59,757 bases of DNA, taken from NCBI GenBank assembly GCA_025449555.1, contig JANWJD010000057.1, positions 1-59,757 of the forward strand, read 5' to 3'. Every line of letters starts with the position of its first letter. The first letter of the stretch is position 1. The notes beneath the pieces were generated by a model that saw nothing but the letters and a program-made list of their open reading frames with translations, was not told where the DNA came from and searched no databases. Both the position numbers and the translations under genes were made by a program. Positions 46,394 through 55,858 of the stretch are shown here, one piece after another. The DNA comes from Chloroflexota bacterium. GTDB taxonomy: Bacteria; Chloroflexota; UBA5177.

Positions 46394-47505
46394 CCGCTCC
46401 TCACAGCTACGATCCCTTGCGGTTCGAACGGGTGCACATCCGCACGGACGAGGCGCTGAAAGCCCTTGCTCCGCGTTTCGAGTCGGCCGATGCGGTCGGG
46501 ATCGACATCGAAATGGGTCAACACGTCGAGCGGCGCCCCGGAGGAATACAGGAGTGGACCCATATTCTGGCATTGATCCAGATAGCGTCCGAGTCCTTGA
46601 GCGTACTGATCGATCCGCTGCGCTGCAACGACCTCTCGCCCTTGCGTCCCCTCCTCGCCGGTAACACCCGTAAGGTCTTCCTTGGTGGTGGGCAGGATTC
46701 CGCCCTGCTGGACGCGGCCGGCATCCCGGCTCACAATATCGTCGACGTGGGCGAGATCGCGCTTGCCGTCTTTGGGCGGCGAGAAGACGGCATGGCCGCG
46801 CTTGCCCGGCGTATCTTCGATCTGAGCCTGGATAAGTCGGTCCGGCGGACCGACTGGCTGCAGCGCCCGCTCAATCCGGCGCTATTGGCGTACGCCTATC
46901 GCGATGCAGAACTTACTCTCCTGATCTACCGATGGTTCCAGGAGCACTATCCGGAGGCAGTGGACCTGCACGAGCGCACGCTGCTGGATGCCCGACTGTC
47001 GGACGATGTTGCCCCCTGGATCCTCGCAGCGCTCTCGGGCAATCGCTCGGGGCCCGATCCACTGGCCGTGGTCATGGAGCACGGATTCGACCCATCGCGA
47101 GATCGTGACGTGCTCACCGAGGACATGCGCCTCGCGTTAGCTGAAACCACTGCTCCGCGCCTGGTCAATAAGCTCGTACGCGTCTCGTCCGACATCGGAC
47201 TCTCTGACCTCGTGCCTCGCTTCATCGAGCTGACGGGCTCGCACTCTTCGCTCATCCGAACGGCGGCCGCTCGCGCCATAGGAATCCTGGGAACACCGGA
47301 AAGTGGCGAGACGACGCTCCTGAAACTCAAGGACGATCCGGTTGCCGAGGTGAAATCAGCAGCTGAAGCCGCGCTTCACGATCTGCGCGCTCCCCGCCAG
47401 GCGGTGACGGTCGACGAAGCGGAGGAGGACGAGCCGTCGCTCGATCCCGCGGCCATGTCGGCGTTGCAAAGCCTCATGCAGTCCATGCAGGTGGACGAAG
47501 CATAG
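46390..47505 (+). CDS. RNase D-like DEDDy 3'-5' exonuclease with C-terminal HEAT repeats
   Basis: ExoI GIDIE, LIQIA, ExoII GQD, LDKS...TDW..RPL, ExoIII YAYRD; HEAT-like IRTAAARAIG and DPVAEVKSAAEAAL. Confidence 0.75.
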   Translation: MTAPHSYDPLRFERVHIRTDEALKALAPRFESADAVGIDIEMGQHVERRPGGIQEWTHILALIQIASESLSVLIDPLRCNDLSPLRPLLAGNTRKVFLGGGQDSALLDAAGIPAHNIVDVGEIALAVFGRREDGMAALARRIFDLSLDKSVRRTDWLQRPLNPALLAYAYRDAELTLLIYRWFQEHYPEAVDLHERTLLDARLSDDVAPWILAALSGNRSGPDPLAVVMEHGFDPSRDRDVLTEDMRLALAETTAPRLVNKLVRVSSDIGLSDLVPRFIELTGSHSSLIRTAAARAIGILGTPESGETTLLKLKDDPVAEVKSAAEAALHDLRAPRQAVTVDEAEEDEPSLDPAAMSALQSLMQSMQVDEA

Positions 47506-47506
47506 A

Positions 47507-49315
47507 TCACGCCCCGGCTGCCTCTTGCTCCTGATACTGCAATTGGTAGAGCCGATGGTAGAAGCCTTGCTGAATGAGGAGTTGGTCGTGACTGCCTTCT
47601 TCCACTAGGCGCCCCTTGTGTAACACCAGGATGCGATCGACGTGACGGATGGTAAACAGGCGATGGGCGATGATGATGCTTGTGCGTCCTCTCATCAGGC
47701 GCTCCAGGGCGTCCTGAATCAGCGCCTCTGTTTCCGTGTCGACGCTCGAGGTTGCCTCATCGAGCACGAGCAAAACCTCTGGATCGAATGCAATGGCCCG
47801 CGCGAATGCGACCAGTTGTCGTTGTCCCGAGGAGAAATTCGCTCCCCGCTCGCGCACGATGTGATCGTAGCCATCCGCCAGGCGTTCGATGAACTTGTCG
47901 GCATTGACGAAAACGGCTGCATCGCGTACCTGCTCGTCGGAGATTCCCTGATTGTGCAGACGGATGTTGCTCGCGATCGTGCCGGAAAAAAGGACGGCAT
48001 CCTGCAGCACCGTTCCGATGTGCATGCGCACGTCGGAACGTTTCATATCTCGAATGTCGACTCCGTCCAGCAGAATCTGGCCCTGCTGGATGTCGTAGAA
48101 GCGCGACATTATGCTGATGAGCGAAGTCTTTCCCGCTCCGGTTGCACCGACGATCGCCACGCTTTCTCCAGCTCGAATGTGGAATGAAACGTCTTTGAGC
48201 ACCGGGTGGTCGGGATCGTAGCCAAACGTCACGTTTCTGAATTCGATGTCGCCCTGTACCCGTTCAAGATGCTGTGGGCGTGGCGGATCGGGCGGCTCCT
48301 GTTCTTCATCCAGCAATCCAAAGATGCGCTCTGATGCCGCCATGGCGGATTGCAAGATCGTGTACTTTTCGGCCAGATCACGGATCGGCTGAAAGGCGCG
48401 ATCGGTGTACTGGATAGCTGCTACCAGCGAGCCCAAAGTGAAGGCAGCTCCCCAATGGGACATGATGCCTTCCCCCCCGATTCCCAGGAGGAGGGCAGTG
48501 GAGAGTGCTCCCAGGAACATCACGATCGGAGAGAAGATCGAGTACGCAAAGATGGACCTCAGGTTGGCCGAGAGATAGTCGGCGTTGAGCGCGTCGAACT
48601 CGTTGAACATGGTAGTTTCACGGCCAAACAATTGAACGACAACCATGCCGGTGATGTTCTCGTTCAGGAACCCGTTCACGCGCGACAGCCGCACTCGTAT
48701 ATTGCGATAAATGACCCGCATGGTCTTCTGAAATATGCGGGAAATCACGGCAATAATCGGCATCACGGCCAGGGACACGAGAGCAAGTTGCCAGCTCACC
48801 ACGATGAACATCACGATGACGATGCCGATCAGCGTCGTGATGTCTCCCAGAATCGACACCACTCCCTGCGTGAGCAGGTCGTTCAGAGCGTCGATATCGC
48901 TCGTCATGCGAGTCATCAGACGACCCACGGGGTTCCGATCGAAAAAGCGGAGCGGCAGCCGCTGTAGGTGCGAAAAAATCTCACTACGGAGGTCGTACAT
49001 TACGCGCTGACCCACGAACTGTATGAAATAGTTCTCCCCATACCGCATGGCGAAGCCGAGAATCAAACTACCCACATACACTGCGAATATCAGCTTCAGT
49101 CCATCCGGCTTGTGCGGGACCATGTACTGGTCGATGGCGATTTTGGTGAGCCACGGGCCCGCCAGGTCCAGCACGCCGGTCCCCGTGAGCAGCAACAGAG
49201 AAAGCACCAGTTTGGAGAGATACGGACGCAGGTACGGCAGAAGTCGGCGCATCAAGCGGCCGTCGTACGCCTTCCCGAGGATCTCGTCCTCGTCGTGCTC
49301 GATATGCGGCTTCAT
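47507..49315 (-). CDS. ABC exporter half-transporter (TMD+NBD), subunit with intact Walker B Glu and His switch
   Basis: GATGAGKT, signature FSSGQRQ, LDEATS, IAHRL. Confidence 0.92.
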   Translation of the reverse strand: MKPHIEHDEDEILGKAYDGRLMRRLLPYLRPYLSKLVLSLLLLTGTGVLDLAGPWLTKIAIDQYMVPHKPDGLKLIFAVYVGSLILGFAMRYGENYFIQFVGQRVMYDLRSEIFSHLQRLPLRFFDRNPVGRLMTRMTSDIDALNDLLTQGVVSILGDITTLIGIVIVMFIVVSWQLALVSLAVMPIIAVISRIFQKTMRVIYRNIRVRLSRVNGFLNENITGMVVVQLFGRETTMFNEFDALNADYLSANLRSIFAYSIFSPIVMFLGALSTALLLGIGGEGIMSHWGAAFTLGSLVAAIQYTDRAFQPIRDLAEKYTILQSAMAASERIFGLLDEEQEPPDPPRPQHLERVQGDIEFRNVTFGYDPDHPVLKDVSFHIRAGESVAIVGATGAGKTSLISIMSRFYDIQQGQILLDGVDIRDMKRSDVRMHIGTVLQDAVLFSGTIASNIRLHNQGISDEQVRDAAVFVNADKFIERLADGYDHIVRERGANFSSGQRQLVAFARAIAFDPEVLLVLDEATSSVDTETEALIQDALERLMRGRTSIIIAHRLFTIRHVDRILVLHKGRLVEEGSHDQLLIQQGFYHRLYQLQYQEQEAAGA

Positions 49316-51078
49316 CGGTCCTCGACCAATTCGGACACTACGTCGTCGACCTCCAGTTCCTGCTGCAGCAATTCACGCCGATACATGCGGGCATAGAGTC
49401 CATCATTCAAGAGAAGTTCACGGTGCGTCCCTTGCTCCGCGACCCGTCCGGCATGCAGCACCACGATCTTGTCCGCATCCTTCACCGTCGAGATCCGCAT
49501 CGCGGTGATAAGTGTGGTGCGCTGTTCCATCACCCGCTTTAGTCGGGACAAAATCTCGGCCTGGGTATGAGTGTCCACGCTCGACATGGCATCGTCGAGA
49601 ATCAAGATGGTTGGATCGCGCAACACCGCCCTGGCGAGTGAGGTGCGTTGTTTCTGCCCTCCCGAAAGACTGACGCCGCGCTCTCCCACGATGGTGTCGA
49701 GACCTCGCGGAAACTGCTCCAGATCTTTGCTCAAGCGCGACGTCTCCAGGGCTTCCGACACCTCCTGCTCGGTCGCGTCCCGAACCCCAAACATCACGTT
49801 TTCGCGCAGCGTCGCAGAGAACAAAAACGTGTCCTGCGGCACATATCCGATCGCGCCGCGCAATGTTTCGAGTGGAATCCGGCGCACGTTCACGCCGTCG
49901 ATCAGTACTTCACCCTCGTCCGCTTCGAGGACCCGTGGAACCAGGCTCATCAAGGTGGTCTTTCCAACGCCTGTCATGCCGACGATGGCGACGGTAGTTC
50001 CTGGTTCAACCGTGAACGAAACGTCCTCCAGTACGGTCACGTCGTCATACTTCACGCCCACGTGCCGGAACTGGATAGCGCCGTGAACCTGAATTGAACC
50101 CAGCGTCCGCCCGCTGTCACGGATGGTGGGACGCCGGGTCATCACTTCCATCACCCTTCCCATCGACGCGGCTCCCTGCTGGAACATGTTAATGACCCAG
50201 CCGAGCGCGATCATGGGCCACGCCAACATGGCGAGATAGGCGTTGAATTGTACGAACTCGCCGGTCGAGATTTCTCGATTTGCCACCTCGGTTCCACCGA
50301 CGTAGAGCACCAGGGCCAGCGCGATGCCCACCACGAACGACATGAGCGGCCACATGATGCCCGACAGTCGGACGTAGCTGAGATTGCGCGTGACGTACTC
50401 CTCGTTGGTGCGCCCAAAGGCCTCGATCTCCAGATCCTCCTGTACGAAGGCCTTCACCACCCGGATGCCGGAAAAATTCTCCTGCGCATAGGTGGACACA
50501 TGGCCGAACTGGTCCTGCACCAGCCGGTACCGCCGCTGCAGTGTGCGGCTCACGACCGCCATCGTGATCGATACGAAAGGAAGCACCGCGAACGCGACCA
50601 GTGCAAGTTTCCAGTTGATGATCAACATCAGGATCGCCACGACGACCAGCATGATGATCGTGCTGATCAAACTGATCATTCCCATGCCGACAAACTGCCG
50701 CACAGCATTGAGATCGTTGGTCAGCCGGGCCATGAGATCGCCGGTATGCATCTCGCCGTAGAACGACTGGTCGAGCGCCTGCAGGTGACGGAATGCCGCG
50801 TTGCGCAGGTCGTATTCCAGGAACCGGGAGACACGATTCACCGTACTGCGTTGCACGAACGCAAAGATGGACTGTCCAACGGCCGCACCCAGGAAGAGCA
50901 GCACGTAGCGCAGCAGTTCCCCACCCGTTAAATGCTTCTGAAGGTGATCGATGGCCAGCCGGAGGATGTACGGCTGTATGACACCGAAAAACGTCCCGGC
51001 GAGGATCGCGATTACGCCGATTCCGATGCGCAATTTGTGTCGGCGTAAGTACGGCAACACGTGCCTAAGGTTCTGCAC
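49312..51078 (-). CDS. ABC exporter half-transporter (TMD+NBD), partner subunit with degenerate Walker B and switch
   Basis: GMTGVGKT, LSGGQKQR, LDDAMS, ITAMRIS; ATGA overlap with the partner gene. Confidence 0.92.
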   Translation of the reverse strand: MQNLRHVLPYLRRHKLRIGIGVIAILAGTFFGVIQPYILRLAIDHLQKHLTGGELLRYVLLFLGAAVGQSIFAFVQRSTVNRVSRFLEYDLRNAAFRHLQALDQSFYGEMHTGDLMARLTNDLNAVRQFVGMGMISLISTIIMLVVVAILMLIINWKLALVAFAVLPFVSITMAVVSRTLQRRYRLVQDQFGHVSTYAQENFSGIRVVKAFVQEDLEIEAFGRTNEEYVTRNLSYVRLSGIMWPLMSFVVGIALALVLYVGGTEVANREISTGEFVQFNAYLAMLAWPMIALGWVINMFQQGAASMGRVMEVMTRRPTIRDSGRTLGSIQVHGAIQFRHVGVKYDDVTVLEDVSFTVEPGTTVAIVGMTGVGKTTLMSLVPRVLEADEGEVLIDGVNVRRIPLETLRGAIGYVPQDTFLFSATLRENVMFGVRDATEQEVSEALETSRLSKDLEQFPRGLDTIVGERGVSLSGGQKQRTSLARAVLRDPTILILDDAMSSVDTHTQAEILSRLKRVMEQRTTLITAMRISTVKDADKIVVLHAGRVAEQGTHRELLLNDGLYARMYRRELLQQELEVDDVVSELVEDR

Positions 51079-51105
51079 TGTCCTCGTTCCTTCCCCGTGT
51101 ACGAG

Positions 51106-52008
51106 TTAGCCCTTGCGGACAAAAACTCCGTACGAGTCGAAGTCAAAATCGATGACTTCGAGCTTTTTCATTTTGAGCGCCGTCCGCAATCGATCAGAGC
51201 TGCCGGCCTCGACGGCGAAGACGCAACACCCCCCACCACCCGCGCCACATGCCTTGCCGCCCCGTGCTCCGTGCGCACGCGCGAAGTGGAAGAGATCATC
51301 CAGCTCCGGGCTGGTCACTGATGGATGAAGCTCCTTTTGATACGTCCAGTTCTCGTTCAACAAGTCGGAAAAGACCTCGATATTCTGTTGCGCGAGCGCA
51401 TCCCTCATCTCGTAGGCAACGCGTTTGAGCCCGTTCAGCGCGGCAAGCACCGGCCCATGTCCGGCTGTGTAGCGCGACCAGACGTGCTCGTGAATCGAGC
51501 CCGAGAGTCGGCTTTTTCCGCTGTAGACGAGAACCAGTCGTGACCGCATCTCGTCCTGAAAGGAAAGAGGCAAGTCCAGGGGCTGTGCCTCAACGGTCCC
51601 GCCGAACGAGAAAAAATGAATGCCGCCAAGCGCAGCGGCGTACTCATCTTGCTTCCCTCCGAGTATACCCAGCATTTCCGAGAGGCGACAAGCCATCTCC
51701 GCAATTTCAGACCGGCTTGACGTGTTGTTGATGCTCGTTTTCACCATCGCCAGCCACAGCACATTTTGAGCCGCCGACGAGCCCAATCCGGAACCGGAAG
51801 GAAGGTCAAGGGAGTACGACGCATAACTGCGGTCGCCGCGCAATGCATGCAGGATTCCGGTCGCATCCGGCCTGGCAATCTGTCCGGTGACGTAGCGAGT
51901 GATTGCAGCGTTCAGAACCGCTCCGCCCTTGTCTTCCGCGTAAAAGGGCACATCCGTCCAACCACCCGCGAAATCAATCCGAAGTGGCGCGCGAGCTTTC
52001 AATCTCAT
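51106..52008 (-). CDS. GHMP-family sugar kinase (HddA/heptose-7-phosphate kinase-like)
   Basis: APLRIDFAGGWTDVP, LPSGSGLGSS, GGKQD.YAAA.GG, GGKACGAGGGG. Confidence 0.85.
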   Translation of the reverse strand: MRLKARAPLRIDFAGGWTDVPFYAEDKGGAVLNAAITRYVTGQIARPDATGILHALRGDRSYASYSLDLPSGSGLGSSAAQNVLWLAMVKTSINNTSSRSEIAEMACRLSEMLGILGGKQDEYAAALGGIHFFSFGGTVEAQPLDLPLSFQDEMRSRLVLVYSGKSRLSGSIHEHVWSRYTAGHGPVLAALNGLKRVAYEMRDALAQQNIEVFSDLLNENWTYQKELHPSVTSPELDDLFHFARAHGARGGKACGAGGGGCCVFAVEAGSSDRLRTALKMKKLEVIDFDFDSYGVFVRKG

Positions 52009-52015
52009 GGCGCGC

Positions 52016-52465
52016 CTACAGATCCGCGCTGTCGAGAATGATGGTCACGGGGCCGTCATTCTCGATCGCGACCATCATACTGGCGCCGAAGACACCGTGC
52101 ATCACGTCATAACCGTGCGTGCGCAATCGCTCGATAAAGCGTTCGTACAAGAGACTTCCTTTCTCAGGGCGCGCGGCGCGAATGAAGCTGGGTCGTCGAC
52201 CTTTCCGCACGTCCGCATACAGGGTGAACTGCGAAACGACGAGCATCGCGCCACCGATCTCGGATGTGGACAGATTCATCTTTCCGTCCTGGTCCTCGAA
52301 AACCCGCAAGACGGCGATTTTATCCGCCACTCGGTCCACGTCCGCGGCCTCATCCGCCTCCTCGATGCCCACCAGAAGTGCCAATCCCCGGTCAATCGCT
52401 CCCACCACCGTTCCGTCCACGGCCACTGATGCCGTACGGACCAGTTGAGCCACTACTCGAACCAC
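52016..52465 (-). CDS. dtd: D-aminoacyl-tRNA deacylase
   Basis: LRVFED..GKMNLS, VVSQFTL, GRRPSF, FGASM.V...NDGPVT; GTG 52465 after AAGGAGG (ORF-track start 52876 is spurious). Confidence 0.95.
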   Translation of the reverse strand: MVRVVAQLVRTASVAVDGTVVGAIDRGLALLVGIEEADEAADVDRVADKIAVLRVFEDQDGKMNLSTSEIGGAMLVVSQFTLYADVRKGRRPSFIRAARPEKGSLLYERFIERLRTHGYDVMHGVFGASMMVAIENDGPVTIILDSADL

Positions 52466-52600
52466 ACGACCTCCTTCAGAGTGTAGCCACCGACCGTCGC
52501 CGGTGACTTCGAACGTCGGTTGGCATTGCGACTTCGCAGGCACAGTGTAGACATCTATACTGACTGTCGGACGCAGTACGCGCCCGGAAAGGCATGTGCG

Positions 52601-54187
52601 ATGTTTGTGCCTCTGACGCCACTCTCGTTCAAACAGCGTGCCGTTCGGTTGTACGGTAGCAAGCCATGTTCGGTTGATGGGGAGCGTCGCTTCACCTACA
52701 CCGACTTCGATCTTCGCACGCGCCGCCTGGCCGCCCGCCTGCGCGCCGCCGGCCTGCAGCCAGGCGAGCGCGTGGCATATCTGGCGTACAACTCGGAGGA
52801 ACTGCTCGAAGGATACTACGGCGTGCTGGAGGCGGGCGGGGTCTTGTTGCCGCTCAACGTCCGGCTGACTCCTCATGAACTGGCGTACATCCTGGACGAC
52901 GCAGGAGTCTCATTTGTCCTGGTCGATCCGGATTTTGTAAGCATCTACGAAAGTATCGACCGGCTGATGAACCTTCGCCCGACCGTGATCTGGCTTGGCG
53001 CCACGCCCGAGGCAAGAGATGAACCGGCGTACGAGCAGTGGATTGGTGCAATCGATCCAGCCGAGGTCGACGTGGCTGCGATCGACGAGAACGCCCTGGC
53101 GGAACTGTTTTACACCAGCGGCACCACGGCGCGGCCCAAGGGTGTGATGCTGACGCATCGCAGCCTCTATTTACCTGCGTTGAATGTGCTCACGACCTTT
53201 CCTGCCGACGACAGCGAGGTGCAGCTCCACACAATCCCGCTCTTCCACGTGAACGGGTGGGGCGTGCCGCAATTACTGACTGCGGTGGGAGGGAGCCATG
53301 TGATGATGCGTAAGTTCGACCCCGTGGCAGCCCTGCAGCTCATTCAACAGGAGCACGTCACGCGTTTCTACGCCGTCCCGACGATGATGACGATTCTTCT
53401 CAACCACCCACGGATTCACGAGACCGATCTCAGCAGCATGCGTTTCATCAAAATAGGCGGGGCGCCCGCTCCGGCGGAGATGATCAGCCGGGCCGAAGCT
53501 GCGTTTGGATGCAGGGTGATTGCAGGGTACGGGCTCTCCGAGACCTCACCGGTCATCACGCTGGCAGTGCCGAAAGCCTCGTTGGCCGGGGAGGACGACG
53601 AGACACGGTATCGACGCCAGGCCTCGACCGGTCTGCCGTTGGTAGGCGTGGAACTCGACATCGTCGATGACCGGGGCAATCCGCTTCCCTGGGACGGTTC
53701 CAGCGAAGGCGAGATCGTGGTCCGAAGCAATGTGGTCATGGAAGGCTATTGGAACGACTCTGACGCCACCCAGCGCGCCATGTGGGACGGTTGGTTTCAT
53801 ACCGGCGACGTTGCCACGATCGATCCAGAGGGCTACGTGCTGATCGTCGACCGCAAGAAAGACATCATCATCAGCGGCGGAGAAAATATTTCCTCGGTCG
53901 AGATCGAGAAGACGCTCTACGAATGTCCGCAGGTGCTGGAAAGCGCAGTCATCGCCGTGCCGGACGAGCAGTGGGGTGAAGTGCCGTTGGCCCTGGTCAC
54001 GGTGCGCCCCGGCGCTAGTGTCACATCCGAGGAACTCGCATCGTTTTGCCGCGATCGTCTCGCCTCCTTTAAGGTGCCCAAAGCCTTCGAGTTTGTGGAC
54101 GAGCTCCCCAAAGGGGGGACCGGCAAGATACTGAAAGCCCGCCTGCGAGAGCACTACTGGCAATCGATGGCGAAGCGAGTGAACTAG
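52601..54187 (+). CDS. Long-chain fatty-acid--CoA ligase family protein
   Basis: FYTSGTT..PKG, PLFHVNGW, YGLSET, GWFHTGD, DRKKDIIISGGENI, PKGGTGKI; ATG 52601 after GAAAGG. Confidence 0.92.
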   Translation: MFVPLTPLSFKQRAVRLYGSKPCSVDGERRFTYTDFDLRTRRLAARLRAAGLQPGERVAYLAYNSEELLEGYYGVLEAGGVLLPLNVRLTPHELAYILDDAGVSFVLVDPDFVSIYESIDRLMNLRPTVIWLGATPEARDEPAYEQWIGAIDPAEVDVAAIDENALAELFYTSGTTARPKGVMLTHRSLYLPALNVLTTFPADDSEVQLHTIPLFHVNGWGVPQLLTAVGGSHVMMRKFDPVAALQLIQQEHVTRFYAVPTMMTILLNHPRIHETDLSSMRFIKIGGAPAPAEMISRAEAAFGCRVIAGYGLSETSPVITLAVPKASLAGEDDETRYRRQASTGLPLVGVELDIVDDRGNPLPWDGSSEGEIVVRSNVVMEGYWNDSDATQRAMWDGWFHTGDVATIDPEGYVLIVDRKKDIIISGGENISSVEIEKTLYECPQVLESAVIAVPDEQWGEVPLALVTVRPGASVTSEELASFCRDRLASFKVPKAFEFVDELPKGGTGKILKARLREHYWQSMAKRVN

Positions 54188-54217
54188 TGGGTCACTTGGC
54201 TCGATCATGGCCATTGG
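54184..54217 (-). repeat. Isolated IS630-type terminal sequence (3'-end remnant)
   Basis: Reads CCAATGGCCATGATCGAGCCAAGTGACCCACTAG on the minus strand; encodes NGHDRAK*, like C-termini of this transposase group. Confidence 0.7.
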
Positions 54218-54236
54218 AAACTTGCTCGAAGAAGCG

Positions 54237-54701
54237 CTAAGTTTCGGGGGCCGCTGGCACCGGGATCATGTCGAAGCGCGCAGCCAGTGCGGTCCGTTCC
54301 TCGCTGGTTCCATTCCGAGCAGCCAGGTGCAGCGTTTCCTCGATATAGCGCTCGAAGCCGGCGGGATGATGCACGACCAGGATGGTCGCACGCTCACTGC
54401 TCGCGTTGTGAAAGGCGTGGATCGTCTCACGTGGGACAAAGGCGAAGGCGCCCGCGCCGGCGATATGACACTCCTCGCCGATGCGCAACACCACCTCACC
54501 TTCGAGGACGTAGAAGAATTCGTCGCGCCCGTGATGATAGTGAGGCCCTGCACCCACCATCCCTGGATCCATTCGTCCTTCCCAGATGCTGTACAGGTCG
54601 CCGGTCTCTGTTTCTGACGCCTTGACCGTGATGCCCGCGCCGGTGGAGCTGCCCGCAATCAACCGTCCTTCGCCTGGAGCTACGATGACCGCTTTCATCA
54701 C
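54237..54701 (-). CDS. Cupin-domain protein
   Basis: PHYHHGRDEFFYVLEG and G....VPRETIHAF.N cupin motifs; GAGGAGG SD. Confidence 0.88.
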   Translation of the reverse strand: MMKAVIVAPGEGRLIAGSSTGAGITVKASETETGDLYSIWEGRMDPGMVGAGPHYHHGRDEFFYVLEGEVVLRIGEECHIAGAGAFAFVPRETIHAFHNASSERATILVVHHPAGFERYIEETLHLAARNGTSEERTALAARFDMIPVPAAPET

Positions 54702-54824
54702 TCATGTTCCTCCTCATCCGCGTGATGAGATAACCGCTGCACGGTATGGGCCGTTTCCTGGCCTGGTACGCCCAATCCGAAACGATTGGTGTCGTGAGCG
54801 GGATGGCTCAACACCCCTATCGCG

Positions 54825-55217
54825 CTATTCAAGGTCGTCCCGCATCTTCGAGAGATCGGCTGCGATCCGCCGTCTGATGGCCCGAACCGCCATGCCGGTC
54901 ATGGGGTCGAGGCGGCTGTGCCCCAGGCCCTCAATCGATGCCGCCACCTGCGCACCGCCCGGCACCTCGTACACGGTGTAGCAAACACCGACCTGCCGCC
55001 CCCAGGAAAGGTTCACCACTTCCAGGGTCGGGTCCGACTCGGCAGTCTGGCCCTCCTTGCCAGGAGTCGCGGAGCGCAGGTGCGCGACGACGGTGGCGAG
55101 GGGCTGATTGATGACCGCGATCACATCGCGAACCGGCGTGGGGTGCGACACCTGAGAGAGGGCACCGGAGACCCCGACCCGCGCGAGAAGGTGAGTAGTG
55201 GCTGTGGACGCTGTCAT
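54825..55217 (-). CDS. Hypothetical protein, possibly SRPBCC-like
   Basis: 130 aa, AAAGGA SD; beta-rich core and C-terminal helix RRRIAADLSKMRDDLE. The family guess is weak. Confidence 0.55.
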   Translation of the reverse strand: MTASTATTHLLARVGVSGALSQVSHPTPVRDVIAVINQPLATVVAHLRSATPGKEGQTAESDPTLEVVNLSWGRQVGVCYTVYEVPGGAQVAASIEGLGHSRLDPMTGMAVRAIRRRIAADLSKMRDDLE

Positions 55218-55270
55218 GGTCTCATATCCTTTCGTCGTGCAGGTCGAGGCCCGGTGGCAAAGTTGGAGCG

Positions 55271-55319
55271 GATCTCACAGGAGGTGAGGGCCTCGTGAGC
55301 GGTCGCCTCCTGTGACATC
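55271..55319. terminator. Long inverted repeat downstream of the second cupin gene
   Basis: TCACAGGAGGTGA ... TCGCCTCCTGTGA, 13-bp stem with one G-U pair. Confidence 0.5.
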
Positions 55320-55320
55320 G

Positions 55321-55800
55321 TCACGCGCTCGGAGGGGGAGCGGGCGTAAGGCCATGGCGGCGCATGATCGCCATCGCCTTGGCGCGGTCAGGTGGGCCGC
55401 CGGCTGCGGCGTTGATCACTTCGGCCGACTCGCGGAAGAACTCTGGACCAATCGCTGCGGGACTGATGACGACCAGCGCCTTCGCATCCTCGCTGCCGTG
55501 GTTGGCAAATCCGTGCACCGCACCGCGAAGAATACAGAGCGCCTGCCCGGCACCCACCTCGATCGAGTCCCCCTCGACCGTCCAGGTGAGCATGCCCTCC
55601 CGGCCGTAGATCGTCTCTTCATAGGCATCGTGGCTGTGCGGCGGTGCCAGAAGCTTCTCGCCGGCCGGCACGGTCATCTCAAACACCGCAACACTCCCGT
55701 TCGAATCGGCACCGGTCACCAGGAACCGAAGCTGCAACGCTCCGACGCGAATCACCTCTGCGCTCGGATTTACCTGGGAGGTCGTGATCTGCTGTACCAT
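55321..55800 (-). CDS. Cupin-domain protein
   Basis: PPHSHDAYEETIY..EG and G.....RGAVHGF.N cupin motifs; AAGGAG SD. Confidence 0.88.
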   Translation of the reverse strand: MVQQITTSQVNPSAEVIRVGALQLRFLVTGADSNGSVAVFEMTVPAGEKLLAPPHSHDAYEETIYGREGMLTWTVEGDSIEVGAGQALCILRGAVHGFANHGSEDAKALVVISPAAIGPEFFRESAEVINAAAGGPPDRAKAMAIMRRHGLTPAPPPSA

Positions 55801-55815
55801 GGCGGGCTCCTTCTG

Positions 55816-55845
55816 GTAAACTAAATTTACTACAACATAGTAAAT
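55816..55845. promoter_or_regulatory. Candidate MarR operator in the divergent cupin/marR intergenic region
   Basis: ATTTACTA-caaca-TAGTAAAT (55825-55845) overlapping GTAAA-ctaaa-TTTAC (55816-55830). Confidence 0.65.
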
Positions 55846-55858
55846 GAGATGTACTCAG

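Noticed and set aside
52466-52876. ORF-track N-terminal extension of dtd (286 aa) overlapping the acyl-CoA ligase
   Set aside because: AAGGAGG SD and the family N-terminus place the start at 52465; the extension is antisense shadow.
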